Source: Kondoa subrosea
Lineage: Eukaryota
DNA length: 64,000 bases
Direction of reading: 5' to 3'
Assembly: GCA_039545335.1 (NCBI GenBank)
Contig: BCIN01000010.1
Span: 124,001-188,000 of the forward strand
The notes under the pieces were generated by a model. That model saw only the letters and a list, made by a program, of their open reading frames with translations. It was not told the origin of the DNA and did not search any database. Shown here in pieces: positions 38,982 through 56,146 of the stretch; position 1 is the first letter of the stretch, and each line of letters begins with the position of its first letter. Both the position numbers and the translations under genes were made by a program.

Positions 38982-41708
38982 CTAAAGAGCGGTAGGATAG
39001 AAAGGATGAGGTGGCCAAAGTTCTTCGTAGGTATCCTCTTCGACAATGATCGGAGCACTTGCAGGCCTCGACATCTCTAATAGTTGCTTGTCGGCCATAC
39101 CAAGCGGTATGCAAGATTCTCTTCGCTGGATTTCACCTTGATCTCTTTGCAAGCAGGGCACACATTTCGCCGTTACGGTGCCGCATGCACCAGTGCATTG
39201 GGTTTGTGAGAAGCGAGGACTGTTGATGGAACCTGCTGATGACATGGAAGAGAAAGAAGGGAATCGACCAGCAGAGAAGGGTGAAAGAGCGTTGGGAGAA
39301 GTACTTGAGGTCGCTATCGAGTCTACCGAGCTCCTATAGCTGTTCGGCAGGGTAATGGGACGAGGAGGCGGTCTTCGACGATTGCGAAGTGACAGATCAT
39401 CCATTGGAGAAGGACCCATGCGTTCAGAGAAAGCTGGTCGAGGTGTTCTGTTTGGGGAACCGGGAATCATAGGCGATTGAGTGAATTGATCGTCAGGTTG
39501 AACAATGATGGCTTCCCAAATCCTTCGACCTTCTTTGCTTCGCATCGAGAAGCAGTGAAATTCTGGTAGAATAGCAGCCATGACATCGAAAAGAGGTTGA
39601 GTAAAGAGGTTGATGAAGCCAACTTGACTTTTAGCTTGAGCTTTCGCTTCCGATGGATTCAGGATCACCACAGAGACGGGTAGCTTGAACTCTTCTTCTA
39701 TCTTTGCTTGTACTGTCCACTCTTCCAACAAGGCAGTGGACCAGTGTTTTGCTACAGCATGAGGTCGTGTCTGCAGAAGAAAGTCAGCGATGCTTTGACA
39801 AACCAGGATCGAGGAGGCAACATACAGGATTGCTGATATCAGCACACTTCATTAAACTCGAACATATAAGCAATCGATCTTCTTCGATCTCAGCTTCTGT
39901 TCTGGGATGATGTTGCAAGCGACGCGAAAGGTCTTGTAGCTTGGCAACAAAAGGGAAATGTCGACTCATGTCCGTAGCCAGAACAGATGCGAAGAGAACT
40001 TTGCGGCATTCTAAACAGTTCAGGGATCAGCCATTTTTTTCAGAAAGCAGAACAGAAGCTTAAAAACACACCTGGATCGTGTACTGATGGAGCACGAGTA
40101 GAAGGGCCAAATAGATGACCCAAACCATGCTTCCTGAGCATTTGGATGAGGGTAACAGTGTGGAAGTTTTCCAATACCGATTTATCGCCATATACTTGTG
40201 CGACTGGAGTACGAGCATTGACCTTGAACTAGTCGTTAGCAGTCATTGCAGTATCAGAAGAACTCGACCGACCATGTAAGCATTGCTTAAACCAGGATGA
40301 CCAACATCATGACCAATTGCAGCAATCATCAAAGCAAATACATCCATCGGGCGTAAGACTTGACCCATTGCACCAGGTAATTCCACATGAGCTGGTCTTT
40401 GCCATTTCTGCTGCGACAAGCTGAGTTGAGAAGAATAGAGGATAGAAAGAGGAGGCGCGACTTGTAGAGCCACAAGAAAAGTATAAGTTGCTTGAAGTAC
40501 ATCTGTCGCGTGGGCATAGTTGTGGTAACCATTCCGAGCATGGTAAGCTGAACGAAGAGAAAGAAGAAGAGCTCGAATTCGATCTAAAACCAGAAGAAGG
40601 ATCAGCAAATGTGTTCAGATCTCAAAAGTCAGATTAAATAGACTCACCCATTGATATACCAACTTCAACACCTTCCATTTGCAGAACGCACTCAAACATC
40701 ATGCTTGCACATTCCCACAATTCATCCGGTTCCAAATTGAGCGCATCGAAACTCCATTCCTGCATTTGCTCCAGGAGTTGCATTCGACGCAAAGGTGATA
40801 GAATCTCGGGAACGGAAGGCGTTCTTTGACTTCTTGTCTCTGGCTGAGGGAACTGTTGGTCTGAACAAGGAGAAGTCGCGGAGATGGAAGATCGAGGCGA
40901 ATCATCAAAGTTATCTGAAGGAGGTGAGCTGACAGACTGAGGATCGCCACGAACGAGTAAATCGAGCATAGTTTCGCCTTGACCGGAAACAAGAGATAAG
41001 GAGTGTTGAAGAATTGCAGTAAGGTGATCCGCAAACCTAAAAGAAGAATGGGGAAAAAAAGTTAAGTCAGCCTTGTTTTTGGTTCCTGATTTCCCACGAT
41101 AATGCAAAGATAATGCAGGGATCGCGATTTAAGATAAAATAAACTTACATGGTTTCTGCCACAGGCGAAGAGTGTTCAGGTGCATGCATGAATTGAGGCG
41201 CCGCGTTGGTCGAGACAGGTTGAAAAGGTCGAACCGGATTCACTTGTTCTTGCCTCAAACGCTTACTTGATCTCCTTTGATAGCTCCCCGCTTCAGGCAC
41301 AAAGTCCTGCAGGACTGCTGCATCCACGGATTTCCGCCTTGATGCCCAAGGATCCATTTCTTCGCGCAAAGAAGTATTAATATGAGAACCTCTTCTCAAA
41401 AAAGCAGGAGTGGGAGGAGGTGTATTTTGAAGGTCAGGGGAGAAGGCTGAACCAAACGGCGCGTGCTGGACAGAAGCTACTTGCTGCATTCGAGGAGAAA
41501 GGAAGATAGATTGTGATGGCGCTGCTACCTGAGCAGTGCTGTTGAAGGTTGCAAAGGGTGAGATGAAGGTGATACCACCCCCTGTGGCTTGCAGAGGTGG
41601 AGGAATGGATGGCATGAGTTCTTCAGTTTCAGAATCTGAAGTATGATCTGAATCCATGGCTGGAGTTGGTAGTCTGTCGAAGTGAAGTGTTGGAAGACCA
41701 GCAGACAT
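38982..41708 (-). CDS. PDE2: Class I (high-affinity) cyclic nucleotide phosphodiesterase
   Basis: YHNYAHATDV, AAIGHDVGHPGLSNAYM, VLATDMSRHF, MKCADISNP, SQVGFI. Confidence 0.9.
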
Positions 41709-43109
41709 TGAGTGCCGTCAATGTCTATTGAAGCAAGCAAACTGCGCTGCCTGTTGTTGGTCCTTGAGAAGAATGATTCCCAAGGTTGACAAAAGGCTGG
41801 AATGAGAGAGAAGCAGTAAAACGCGACAGAATTTGCAGTGACGGTTCCAAGTGAAGGGAAGAAAGGCTGGCTATAGTACTGCTGCTCGCTCAAGTCTTGT
41901 CTGGCAAGCGATGACAGAGAGCGGGAAGCTTAATTTGACTTGAAATAGCGTTCTTGATTTCAAGATCCCCAGGGGTGGTTGCTCTGACAAGAAGGAGGAT
42001 GCGAGACGGTTGCCTTGTGACAACTTTGACAATAAGGCTGCTTGCAGAGAAGAAAGGGAGGCAAAGATGGCTACTCTACTCTTTCTTGGAAATAGCAAGC
42101 CGCTTTTTGTCTATTGTGACCGGCAACAGGGAGTTGGGCCAACCTTGATTGCTGAGGTGTGAGTGTGATTGTGTCCCTTGGTATGCTTGACTGGGTATTA
42201 AGCCAGAGCAAGGGGTGGTCGGACTTGAAGGAGGTCAAGGGATTTTCTATGTTTGCGACAATGGAAGTGGCAGTATTATGCTTAGCAATATCGTTCCACG
42301 CCCCTCATATGGTGATAGTACGATTTTGTCACTAGCTCTCCTTATCACAATTGTGCGAACATGACCGCAAAAGGTATTTCAGGCACAAATTTAACACCTT
42401 TTGCGATCGATCTCGTCGGAAGTGCAAAAAGCTTATTTTGCCATCTTTACCCCAAAGAGTTCCTAGCAGCGGTGAGGGACTGGAGATAGTCGGATTCATT
42501 ATGGGAGACAAAATAGCATATGAATCGAACAAGTTTGCAAACGCGCGATGCATCGATCGACTCGAGTTGCCTTGAACAGTAAAAGAATGGCAACTCCATG
42601 TCAGATGCGCTAGCCATCTCATCTGGGCGATCTGCGATCTGCAGCGCACCAATTAAACATACTGCCGCATTTGTTCATGCTCGGCAAAGTGTAAAGACCG
42701 GTAAGAAAGAGTTAAGAGATAGGCAGGCTAATGGACAAAGAGCTCGTGTCGGACTCGGTGATTGTACGCGAAGCTGCGAGCTGCCGGTTACCGAGTTCAA
42801 AGAGAGGAGATGCAGGAGACAAGAATATGTTCGCATATAGCTAGACAAGATCGAAAAATTGTGCAAGGAGAGTACACCCAAAAAGAAGCCCGATGCAGGA
42901 GAAGTCGAAGCAGTCGGGAGTGCATACCTCGAAGACTCTTTTACAAAGCAGAAAGATCGAGATGGAACGAGAAAACGGGTTTCGTACAATTGCAGAAGCT
43001 TTGACATCATTTTTGAGCATACCTATAGCGCGAATAATGAACATTTTTCTGCAAGTGCAGTGAAAGTCGAACTCACAATAGACACTTGGTTTTCCTTGTA
43101 TGGACATCT

Positions 43110-44842
43110 TTAATGCTTGGCAGCGAACATAGCTTTGACTTTCTCCTTGTTGGAAACTCCACCATATTTGTCTGAGCAACCAATCTGAACAGCAGCTGTA
43201 TACATATCAACAGTCAAATAATGAGGCATGCCTGACAACGAAAGAGCATACGTCTAGCTTTGATGCGCTCGATCCATTTCTGAACATGAGGCAACTTATT
43301 CAATTCTTCATCGGTCAGACCAGAGTACTTTGCAATGATGGCCCAAGGGTAGGCTATTTGAAATACATCAATCTGCTGACAAATAAATAGCTCAGAGGGA
43401 AACTCACCGGCCATGTCAGCCCAAGAGCTTGGTTGCGATCAGCCAAAGCCAGTATGAGAAAGGAAGTAAAATCACTATTTGCCTCGACCATCTGAATGCT
43501 TCTCAGAAAGGCTAGACTTTGGACTGATGTGGACATACTGCCAGCAAGGTAATCCTTTTCTCTTGAAGTGAAGCGACCTGAAAGTTGAGCTTCAATTACG
43601 TCCACTGTTCACTTATTTCAGCCTGCTATAAGGAAGCCTCCAGATTAAAAGAAGACGAACTGAGTCGGAAAAGTTCATCGTGATATCGCTCTACCAAATG
43701 GTCAGCAATCCACACTTTGGTACGATACGAACCAAGCATACTGATAGCATATGGAACTGCAGAACCTATCAGATAGAAGACATGATATAACTTTTTGTAC
43801 TCACTCTTTTCTGGAGCATAGACCTGATTTCAAGTATGAGGCGAATGAAGTCGCGCAGCAAACGATAACTAACGTGGAAATGATTGCTTTGACCCTGCAT
43901 TGGACCTGAAATCAGCATTAGCTCTGGCTTCTTGATGCCAATAAATCTTGATTTACCTTGACCTCCCATCTGCAAATACGCTGTGAGCAAGGATCAAAAG
44001 ACGATACCGTCACATCTACATACCTGCCAGAAGATCCATTGGAGACATTCTGATCTTTCCAGGTCGTCCTTGAAGCCGAAGGCATCGTTTTTGTCTACTC
44101 TCTTTGCCAAGTAAAGCAATTGAGCACCGCTGATCGCCCGATTAGTGTCATATAGCTGGAACAAGGGAAATAGAGCACCTTTCCATGATAGCAAATGGTT
44201 CAGGAGATCCGTTATCGACTTTGTTGTCGACTAAAACTGGGATCTAGACGAGAATTCCAGTTGGGATCAGAAGGGAGGGAGGTAATCTTACTCTGCCGTT
44301 TGGGTTCAGCTGGTTTACAGGATCAGTGAGTACTGTTGAGAGGGCAATAAAGAAGATACTTTGAGAAACCAGTCCTCCTATACCGTATTCAGCTTCGGAC
44401 CGAGTTCATGAGGAAAGAATCTCACTTTCTGAATGCCAGTCGTGACTGAATACAGTTGAGTATGTGAAAGCGAAGCGAATGCAGGACATACTGTCGATCA
44501 CCTCACAACTGAAGTCAGTTCCATACATCTGCTTCATCTCTGTGGTAGTCTATCGGTCGCCCTTTCATTTCAGCTTAAAGTGTTGATGCTCACCCTCGAG
44601 AGCGATCTGGATCTATTACTGATTGTGAGCATTCATACTACTCCGCAATACAAATGCCGAACTTTCTTGCCCTGTCCGAACGGTCCCAGTCAGCCCAAGG
44701 TGTAAATTAGCATGAATCAGACGCACATTAGGTGTGTTCTGAGCTATATCAGATCGCAATGAGCTCGTTTCCATCTGGATTAGGTCTGCTTACTGATCAG
44801 ATGTAGATCCTTCTGATCTTCTCTGGTGATCTTCGGTAGCAT
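43110..44842 (-). CDS. Glutathione S-transferase (Ure2/GstA-like), paralog 1, very intron-rich
   Basis: Spliced TQNTPNGKKIQIALEE, QKEDWFLKLNPNGRIPVLVD, IMESGAQL, QWIFWQMGGQGPMQGQSNHF, WIERIKARPAVQ. Confidence 0.88.
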
Positions 44843-45046
44843 TTCTCTGCTATACAAGATCAGTAACAAGACTAGACGAGCTCTACGAGTTGACTTGCGA
44901 CGACATCGCTCGTTGCTCGAAATCAAGAGGGACATAATTAATCCGGCGAGAGGAAGTCCAAATATAAGGGATCAAAGCATTCAGCCTGTTGGGCTTAGTC
45001 TTGTGACAGGCTCAGCTCGTCGAGAGAGTGGCCAAGAACAGAGAAA

Positions 45047-45085
45047 ACGCGTTAAATGGCTCTTGCACCACAACAATCAACGCGT
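45047..45085. promoter_or_regulatory. Two MCB (MluI cell-cycle box) elements upstream of MCM5
   Basis: ACGCGT at 45047-45052 and 45080-45085. Confidence 0.6.
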
Positions 45086-45101
45086 TTTTTCAAAGGCAGC
45101 A

Positions 45102-48007
<2,906 letters not shown>

Positions 48008-48151
48008 TTTACAAGGTTATAGATGCATTGATCCCTGTACTATTAGATTGTAATAATGCTTTCACTATGCTTTGTTGTAAGAACGACATGAAAAATGCTA
48101 GATCATCTATTTACAAATACATATACCTGCCTTCATGAACTATATGATTTC

Positions 48152-50314
48152 TTATTGGGCTGCTCTTACATCCGCATAGCTTGCTGCCAATCTTTGTGCT
48201 ACAGGCGAAACGAACGGATCGCCGCTGTCTTGCCGCTTAGGTAAATCGCTTCCTGCTCTCTTCCTAGGTGGTATGGGTGGCTTATTACTGGTTGGTATAT
48301 CGACACTGAGTATTTCTTTCTTCTTTTTCAGCGTGGAAGGTGGTGGAGGTGGTTTTCTCCTCTGGCCAACGGTAGGCGAAGAAGGTACTACCAGAGAAGC
48401 TGAGCCAGGAGCATGACTGAAAGCAGGATTTGTAGCTGGCATATGAACAATGTCGGCAACCGGAACTGCACCAGGTAGGGCGTCATGCTGATCTACAACT
48501 CTTTGGACGAAAGCTGCAGCTGGATTGATGCCAATTGTTTGACCTAGAGAAAGACCAGCCATGCTTGATCCCAGATGAAATGTATGGGCAGGATGGCTAG
48601 TCGTAGATGATGGAGCAGAATAGTCGCTGGAAAGAGAGCTCTTCTTGCGATGCACGTGTCTAGAATTTGATGATGCTCCAGCGACTGAATTGACTGAAAG
48701 AGTGCTACCTCTTCTACTGGCCTCTTCGTCTTTCGATAGGTTGAAGATCAGATTGGCAGCACCCGATGGATTATGGTGTGCGCCAAAACCCAGACCAGCT
48801 CCACCATTTGGTGCATAGTAAGTAGGATATGATATTGTTGGAGAATCGATAGAGGAAGGAGATGTAGTAAGAGCTTCATTCTGCTCATCTTCAGCTGCCA
48901 GTTCGAGACACCAAGGTGCGTTGAGATTCCGGTCCACCAATCGCTTAGTAGTCGCATTTGCTTCTTTCTGATGCGGCGAGTGAGCTATAAGACTTTGTAG
49001 GGCATGCCGTATCTGTCTTCGCTTGTAAGGCGTGATCTTGAGCTGAGTATTGGTCAAAAGCGGATGGAGAACTCGAAGGTAGGTATGGCGAAGACCTTCA
49101 CTTTCCTCCGGTAAATCATTGAGTTCGCGCAAGAAGACGTCCACGAGAACGCATAAATCGTTTGTATAGAAGTATTCGGAAGTGCTTGGCGTTGTGAAGA
49201 GTAAGTATAATATTTTGAGGATCAGTAGCGAGACACAAAGGTCTTCCGAAGAACCACCGTCTGGACAAGGAGTGAGCACAGCATCAGTTAGAAAGACTCC
49301 AAGGCTCACCGCAGCGATTCAAGATAAAGATAAGATTCTCGCCAAAGGTTTTGTGAGAGCCCAAGAAAGCCTTCATCGTCCGCAATACGACATTGTTGTC
49401 CGCCGCAATTGAAGCTGATGGCTTCCTATGGTGGCTCCTACGGGGCGTATGGCTGTCTGATGGGGAGCTGACTGAGGCTACCATGAATTGTTCGTTCAGC
49501 GCAATCTGAGGAGACTTAGTATGCGATTGAAGATTAGCAAGACAGCCTACAATGAGTCTTATAAGCGCATAGTTGAAGCTTTCATCACCATCTCTAGTAC
49601 TTTCGACCAGATGGAAGAGGTGTTCAATGAAGGATTCGGAAAACAGTGCTGTGGTCGTCAATTGGCAACAATACTCGAAGTCGCAATACCTGACTCACAG
49701 AGTTCCTTCAGCTCCAATCTACTGACGCGACATACATCATATAGAACCCTTGTTGCTTCTCGGCCTAGGCGTTCGTGAGCTGGATGCGGGACACTTTCGC
49801 TCGCGCCTATGCTGTCTCGTCCGTGCTCTTCTATGATCTTCATCATGAGGACTACAGGGGAATGTATCTCATCATCGCCGCAAGCCCTTTGTTGTCTCAT
49901 TATTTGACAAACATGCGAATGCTGCTCAGACCGTAAAGAGAGAATGCGGAGGCATAGATGTAAGACCGCTGGCTGATCTTGAGCGTTGGCAAGTAGATCC
50001 AGTAGAGTGTTTGTGCAGCGGTCCGAAAAGTCATCAAAGAGCCAGGAATCCAGTAAAAGAGCCGAGCAATGATTCAACTCGTTGTCCATTGCGAGATATT
50101 GGCCTGAATGCAAGCAGCAGCAGCATCAGCCATGCTGACCAGTAGCTCGTTAAGGACTTGACAGACCATAGTAGGTAGAGGCCAGATCAACGTAGGACCG
50201 CAGGGCATCGTCTATCTCGCTCAGGAAAGCGGACCGATTCTCCTGCAATAGATCTGCCAGGCCTTGCCAGAACTCTGTTTCATTCTCTATATGGTATGGA
50301 GCCATCTGCGGCAT
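48152..50314 (-). CDS. LDB17: SPIN90/Ldb17/Dip1 (WDS family) Arp2/3 activator
   Basis: ALNEQFMV, KTFGENLIFILNR, YFYTNDLCVLVDVFLREL, LRHTYLRVLHPLL; proline-rich C-terminus. Confidence 0.85.
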
Positions 50315-50462
50315 CAAAATCTCAGCATAGACGAATCATCGCTGTTTGGTGCCAAGGCAGATTTCAGGAAATGGCATTGAAGCGAGCTGAATGCAGTATA
50401 ATGTGTGACCCGTAAAATACGAAGTTTGTTATAGTCCATCCTCGATACAACCATCATTCCTA

Positions 50463-52054
50463 TCATACATCATCGTTCAAGATGTAACTCGGTGCTCGTA
50501 CGTTGATGAAGCTGTATTCTATCACATCAGGTCGTTTGGCAGTCATTGCTAGCACAGAGATCGGAATCAGTGTTAAGGTTACTTCACGCCTGCGGAGACA
50601 CTGACCATTCTGGTAATTGAGTTCCTGCAAAGCGGAGACATGAGCTTAACCCAAGATATATATCGTGGACGACTGCTTACGTGATAGAACGGCCTTAAGC
50701 CTGCATCCTCTAATCTCTTCCACCACGTGTAATAATCGGCGAACGTCTGATAGCTGCCTGGTCTATCCCATGCATGGATTTCAATTTCTATTCAGCATGT
50801 CCATCAGCTTCATGCTGTTATCATGACGCCGCAGTCTTACGGAGTTGAGCAAAGGGCAGCGGACGCCCTTCATATGCATCGAGCACTTGGTTCAGCACGA
50901 CAAATTCGCCTGCACACACTTGAGTGCCATTCCATTCACTCGCACTGAATGATCAGACTCACTGCCTTCTACATCGACTTTGAGCAGGTCTATGAAGTCG
51001 TGACCGTTCTCAGTCATAATCGCGTCTAAACCCCATGCAGAGTATCAGTATCAACAAGCTGTCCAGCCGAGTTGAGCGTACCGAGAGTCTTCGTTTCAGG
51101 GTTTTCGTTCGACTTTGCTTTGTTGTACGAATCAAAGCGATATTGGTTGAACTTTACTCGAGCGTTATATTCAGGATTATTTGCAATTTCCGGACCAATC
51201 TGTTTGAGATGTCAAAGATACTTACGAAAGCTTTTTGGAAGTGTAGACGTACTCCATTGACGCTGAAATCAAATGCCCATATCTTACAATTCTTTGATCG
51301 AGATAGTATTTCCGCTTCGAAACTGCTTTGATGTTCCACACCGAAGGAATAGACCACGCAATTTGGGACCTGTACCAGCCTATCGGGACCGCAAACGAAT
51401 TTTCCACCTGCAGAACTTGTCTAAGTTGACAAGTCTGATATCAAGTCGGGAAAGACCGACCATCTCCAGTTACTCCAACCTAATACTCTTAGCTGTTAGT
51501 GAAAGTAGTCACGACATTGACCACCTTTAGCTGACCCTTTCAACCTCGTGAGGACAAGAAAATGAAGGCGGGAAAATGTCCTGTTCCAGAGGTAAAGCTT
51601 AGCCAAGGTGTCTTGGAGAAGCTGATAGCGCTACCAACCCATAACATCACCATGCGATGTGAGAAATCTTCCCTATCAGTAGGGAAGCTATAGCAGAGAT
51701 TATTAAGCAGGTCCAGGACCGCTTCAACGAGGTGGCTCACGGAGTGATCTTGTCTTTCCCTCCAAGGCTTGTTATTAGCGCTTCTCGACCGATCAAGCTC
51801 TTCTCCCATATCTCTTCTGCCCGCTGAATTCTTGCTTCAGTACTTATTGTCGGGAAATGAATTCTGCCAGCAATTGAACCAGTTGACGGGACAGAGTAAG
51901 GTGTATGCGCAGAGGTTGAAGTGAAAGCGAAGAAGAGGATGATAGAGCCAACAAAAGCAGCAGCAGCGAGAACTCTTTGATTCCGCGAAGACTCTTTGAT
52001 CTGATTAGAAGACGTTTGAAGCCATTTAGGCGTTTGATCAAGTATATTTGCCAT
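50463..52054 (-). CDS. Type II membrane methyltransferase-like protein (Methyltransf_22/METTL24-like)
   Basis: N-terminal TM anchor; WDIFPPSFSCPHE, YSFGVEHQSSFEAE, IWAFDFSV, GHDFIDLLKVDVEG. Confidence 0.8.
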
Positions 52055-52318
52055 AAGTAGGGTATATGAGACCGCTAATCTAGCCTAGCGAAATCGATAA
52101 CGCGAAAGACAAGAGGAAAGAGCACGGATCAGCAATTGAATTGTATGCGGCCGGACCCCCGTTGATTTGTGTATCGAAATTTGCTTGGCAATCATGCCGC
52201 CGCAATCCCGGTTCATAAGTTTGAGGTATGCAATCAACCACCGACGAAACCTGACATGAAGGTCGGACAATAGGAGAGCTAAACGCGGGAACTTTAAAGC
52301 ATCAAGAAATAGCGACAT

Positions 52319-54487
52319 TCAATGTTCACATAGGCTACACGAGTGATTCCGTCAGTAACGCAAAGGAGCCTCTGTCAGACCTCGACCTACTTGAACTGCA
52401 TCTCGAACGACTTCTCGTTCTGTAGTTTCACGATATTGCTTCTTTCGTTCATCAAAGACTTCCGCGTCTGTTCAGCTCCTTGCCGATCAAGCAGCCAACC
52501 TTCTTGCAATCCATAGGAGAGAACAGCTTCCCTGCACTCAACTGGCAGCAAAGCAAATCGCGATGTTTGAGGTGGATCAAGAACTTCAGGCTGTATATCC
52601 ATGCATAAGAATCGAAGTCACACAGCGCAGTTGATTCCGCTCACCACAATCCATTCGTACTGTTGTATTGGTACAGTGGTAGTAGATGGAAGATCCATAG
52701 TCGGATCGCAAAGAAAGAAGCTGGACGCGCAGCAGGGCAAGTGGGCATGAATGGAGAGTTTTGCTAAATAAAGACACTTACACTACAATTGACCGTACCC
52801 CGTTCTTGGTAGGATCTACGAGAGCAAAAGGTTGGACACAATGTTGATAAACTGTATTGAGATCAGTCTGAATTAGCGAAGCAGAAGGGTTCGCTTACTG
52901 TTTGGGAAGGTCAATGCCAAGCCTTCTTCTGTAAGTACAGAGCCCAAAGGCTGAGAATGGTAGGAATCATGACCAAAAGACTGCGGGACTTCTCGTAATG
53001 GATCACTCTGCTCATCTTCAACACTGTTTCAATTTGAGACCTTTCTTTACACAAAGCATCTTACAGGCCATGGGTGCAGCACAGGATCTCCTGAAAGCCA
53101 AACGAGAGTCCTTGATGTTCTCGGACTTGAGATAGTAGATTCCTTCAACCAGGTCTCAGCTTTCGATATGGTACAGCACATTACAGCTTACCAGTCGCGA
53201 CAATAGCTGAGTATTACACAATTAGCTAACATTAGCGGGCTTTTGAATCAGATACGGTAGACTCACATTCATTTAACATGCCTGCATGACTTCAGCAAAT
53301 AGTGGAGCCCGAAAACGGCTTGCTAACCTTCCACATGCCAACTTCCTCCGAGATACTCTGGTCTCTCGGGGCTTAAATGACTGTCTGGCCAGTTGAATGA
53401 TGCACAGCTTCCAAAGTTTGTCTGGACATACATCTCAGCGACCTTACAGATCACTTGGACCGTTCTTCCATTGATACTGAAAGTTTGCTCTTTTCTCTTC
53501 AATAGAGCATCTTTGTTGCTGTTCAGAATTGGCTTTGGATGTTCGTACAGGCTAAGAGCGGGTCCCGTAAGCCAGGCCTCGAGGGCTTCTTCCTCTTCTT
53601 CGGTCTCTGCATACAGCAATGTCTCGCCATCGCCCTTCTTGGGCACCAGATCCTCGTCCAAACGTGATAGCTGAGGTATGCGAGGTGGTATTGGGTTCTT
53701 TGCGTTCGATAGTGTTCTGTTAAGAGCGGTATGAAACAGCTGAAGAGGTTCTCGAGTGCTGTATGAAGTGATCTCTGATGAGTAGGGTGCACATTATTGA
53801 TGTACGACTTCGTAGCAGCACTAATACCATCTTGAGAAACCACGAAATCTGTTGGTAACCAAGCAGTCTCAGTCGACGTGTATTCGTCGCTGGGCGGAGC
53901 TGCCAAAGGCTCAAATTTATCGTTGACTTGTTGCAAAGTTCTACCGTAGCGAATACAGTACATTGAAGGGTGGACCAGATCTAGCACCTGTTGATTTGAT
54001 CCGGGATGCCAATCAAGCTGATCTTGAGGCACATCACGCAGAAGAGTGATTTCTTCGAGAAGAGAGTTTCTAAGTTCTGTCGGAATGAGATCTCCAGATT
54101 CCCACATGCAGTCTGCCAATGATGCCTGCAAGTAGATTAAACAAATCACGCTATAGTCCAAGCTAGACTGACCTGGATACCTGAAGATGGCTCTCGTAGC
54201 TCTTCGTACAGTCCCAATTCCTCAACCACGATCTCAGCAGCATCTTTGCTGAGCTTGTCTCCGAGAATAGTTTGATCATTTGCTTCCCTTGCCCAATTCG
54301 AGCGGGTCTGCGGATCCAATCGCTTCTTCCACCACTCAGCTTTGCATCTGAGTGCGTAGCTCAGCATTTCCATACGCAATTCGATAAGATTTGACGGCGG
54401 AGGTACTTCAGGGGTGTCATATTCCGACACATCGATAGACAACGGGTGTGGGAAGTGCCCTTCAGGCTCAGCACTTGTATCTGACAT
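52319..54487 (-). CDS. DUF4246-family protein
   Basis: DWHPGSNQQVLDLVHPSMY, WLPTDF, SYINNVHP, QVICKVA, YLGGSWHVEG; spliced end FNLCEH*. Confidence 0.85.
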
Positions 54488-54898
54488 CGTTTAAGCCTTG
54501 CGTGTGGCAGTTGCGAGGTAAGCTGAGTATAAACTCGAGAAGAACAGAAGCCAACAAGTCCAAAAAAGAAGACTCGGGAAGTCAAAGCTCAGCGAAAGGC
54601 ATTGGCTCCCATTGGCGAGTAAACAGCAGCCACAGATGCCTCAAACAAGCTTCAATGTTGCGCATGACGGATGGTCTAGAAGAAGACTGGCAAAATCAAT
54701 ATAGTTTAGAAAACATAGATTACGTAATGTAATGTCAACATCTGCAATGCGATCGAGAGTGCTACAGGTACGCGACCTTTGAGCAGTATCAGATTTGAGT
54801 CGGAGAGCCTGCCTGATCAAGTGTTTCGAATGGACACTATAGCACATTTTGTTCACATTTCAACCAAAATCTGTAGCGCGATGTCCCTTCATGGACCT

Positions 54899-56146
54899 TT
54901 ATTTCTGCCCTACAGGTTTCAGACCTGTAGCACAATCAGTTTACCGTCCCAGCATCTGCAATAGTACTTACCAGCTAATTCCCTGAACTTCTCCAGTAGT
55001 AACAAGCTTATTACAGTATGCGGCCATAGACGAGCGAAGCACATTGAGAATCCTGTACGCAAGTCAATAGGTAATAGCACAAGCTGCGGAAAAAGCGAAG
55101 TACCTTTATAAAACGCGAAGGCTGTTGCACAAACGCATGAGAATCGTCTCGGAGCAAAAGCTCGAATGACTCACGTCCTTCCTTTCGCAATATATCTGTT
55201 GCACATTGCACTGGACTAGAGTACTGAGTGTCCTTCATTATTCTCACTTTGATGACATCGACTGGAGCTGAAGTTGCCGAGCAAGCGAAACCAGCTAACG
55301 CAGAAGCCAAAGCATGCGTAGTCATATCATCTCTTCCCGTCCTTGAAGTGATCAATTGCTTTGCGTGATCATACGTTCCAAGTTGAGTAGCTGTAAGAAT
55401 ACCAGCTCGTGTCTGTTGTTATACTTTAATGCTACTGATAAAGTTAGCAAGAAGAAAGCTACTGACCACTGTGGCCCCTAATGCTCTATAGAATCCTCTG
55501 TACCCCGAATTGACTTGTATCGAGCGGAAATGTTGAGGCAGAGTCAAAGTATTGCCAGCTGCTTGCATTCGGACTTTCATGAGATCGAAAGGATTCGCTA
55601 CTGCCGCTCCAATGACTCCAGAAACCATGCCTGCCGTCAATTTGGCTGCTATTCCGCTTTGAAGTGAAGCTGGCAGCGCATGCTACAGAGCCAATTTAGC
55701 TTGAAAACACAGCGAATACAGGAAGGATACCTTCACTGGATCATACAGTCCCATGCGTAGTCCACTGTAAGTCATTTCTCGCATCATAGAAGCGCTGAGA
55801 CCTAAGCGGAATACACATGTCAGATCTTGGCAAGACTGAATGACAGCAGCTGACCTTTATAGAAGGCTAGAGGCCCTTCATTTCGAAGCATATCTACAGC
55901 CAGTTTGAATGCATTGTTTCCAGCTGCACCCGCTCGGTTTTCTGAAAGCTGTTGCCTGACTTTGATTCTACATTATGCAGGGCTTCAGATAAAGCTTCTG
56001 AAGGTATAGGACGATATTGCATACAGATCAAAAGGATTCGTGCATGTACTTGCACATGCATTCGCAGCTCCTGCGAGAAGCACCTTTTGAAGCAAGTCCT
56101 TCTTCTGGCTTGAGGGCAGCTTTTCAGCCTCTGAAATTGTAGCCAT
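54899..56146 (-). CDS. Mitochondrial carrier (dicarboxylate/oxoglutarate/UCP-like)
   Basis: Three Px[D/E]xx[K/R] repeats (NPFDL, NPFDLMKVRMQ, APVDVIKVRIM), REMTYSGLRMGLYD, LTATQLGTYDHAKQ. Confidence 0.9.

Noticed and set aside
42250..43113. Several short plus-strand ORFs between the PDE and GST genes
   Set aside because: No consistent spliced model or recognisable motif; could be the PDE upstream region. A small gene cannot be excluded.
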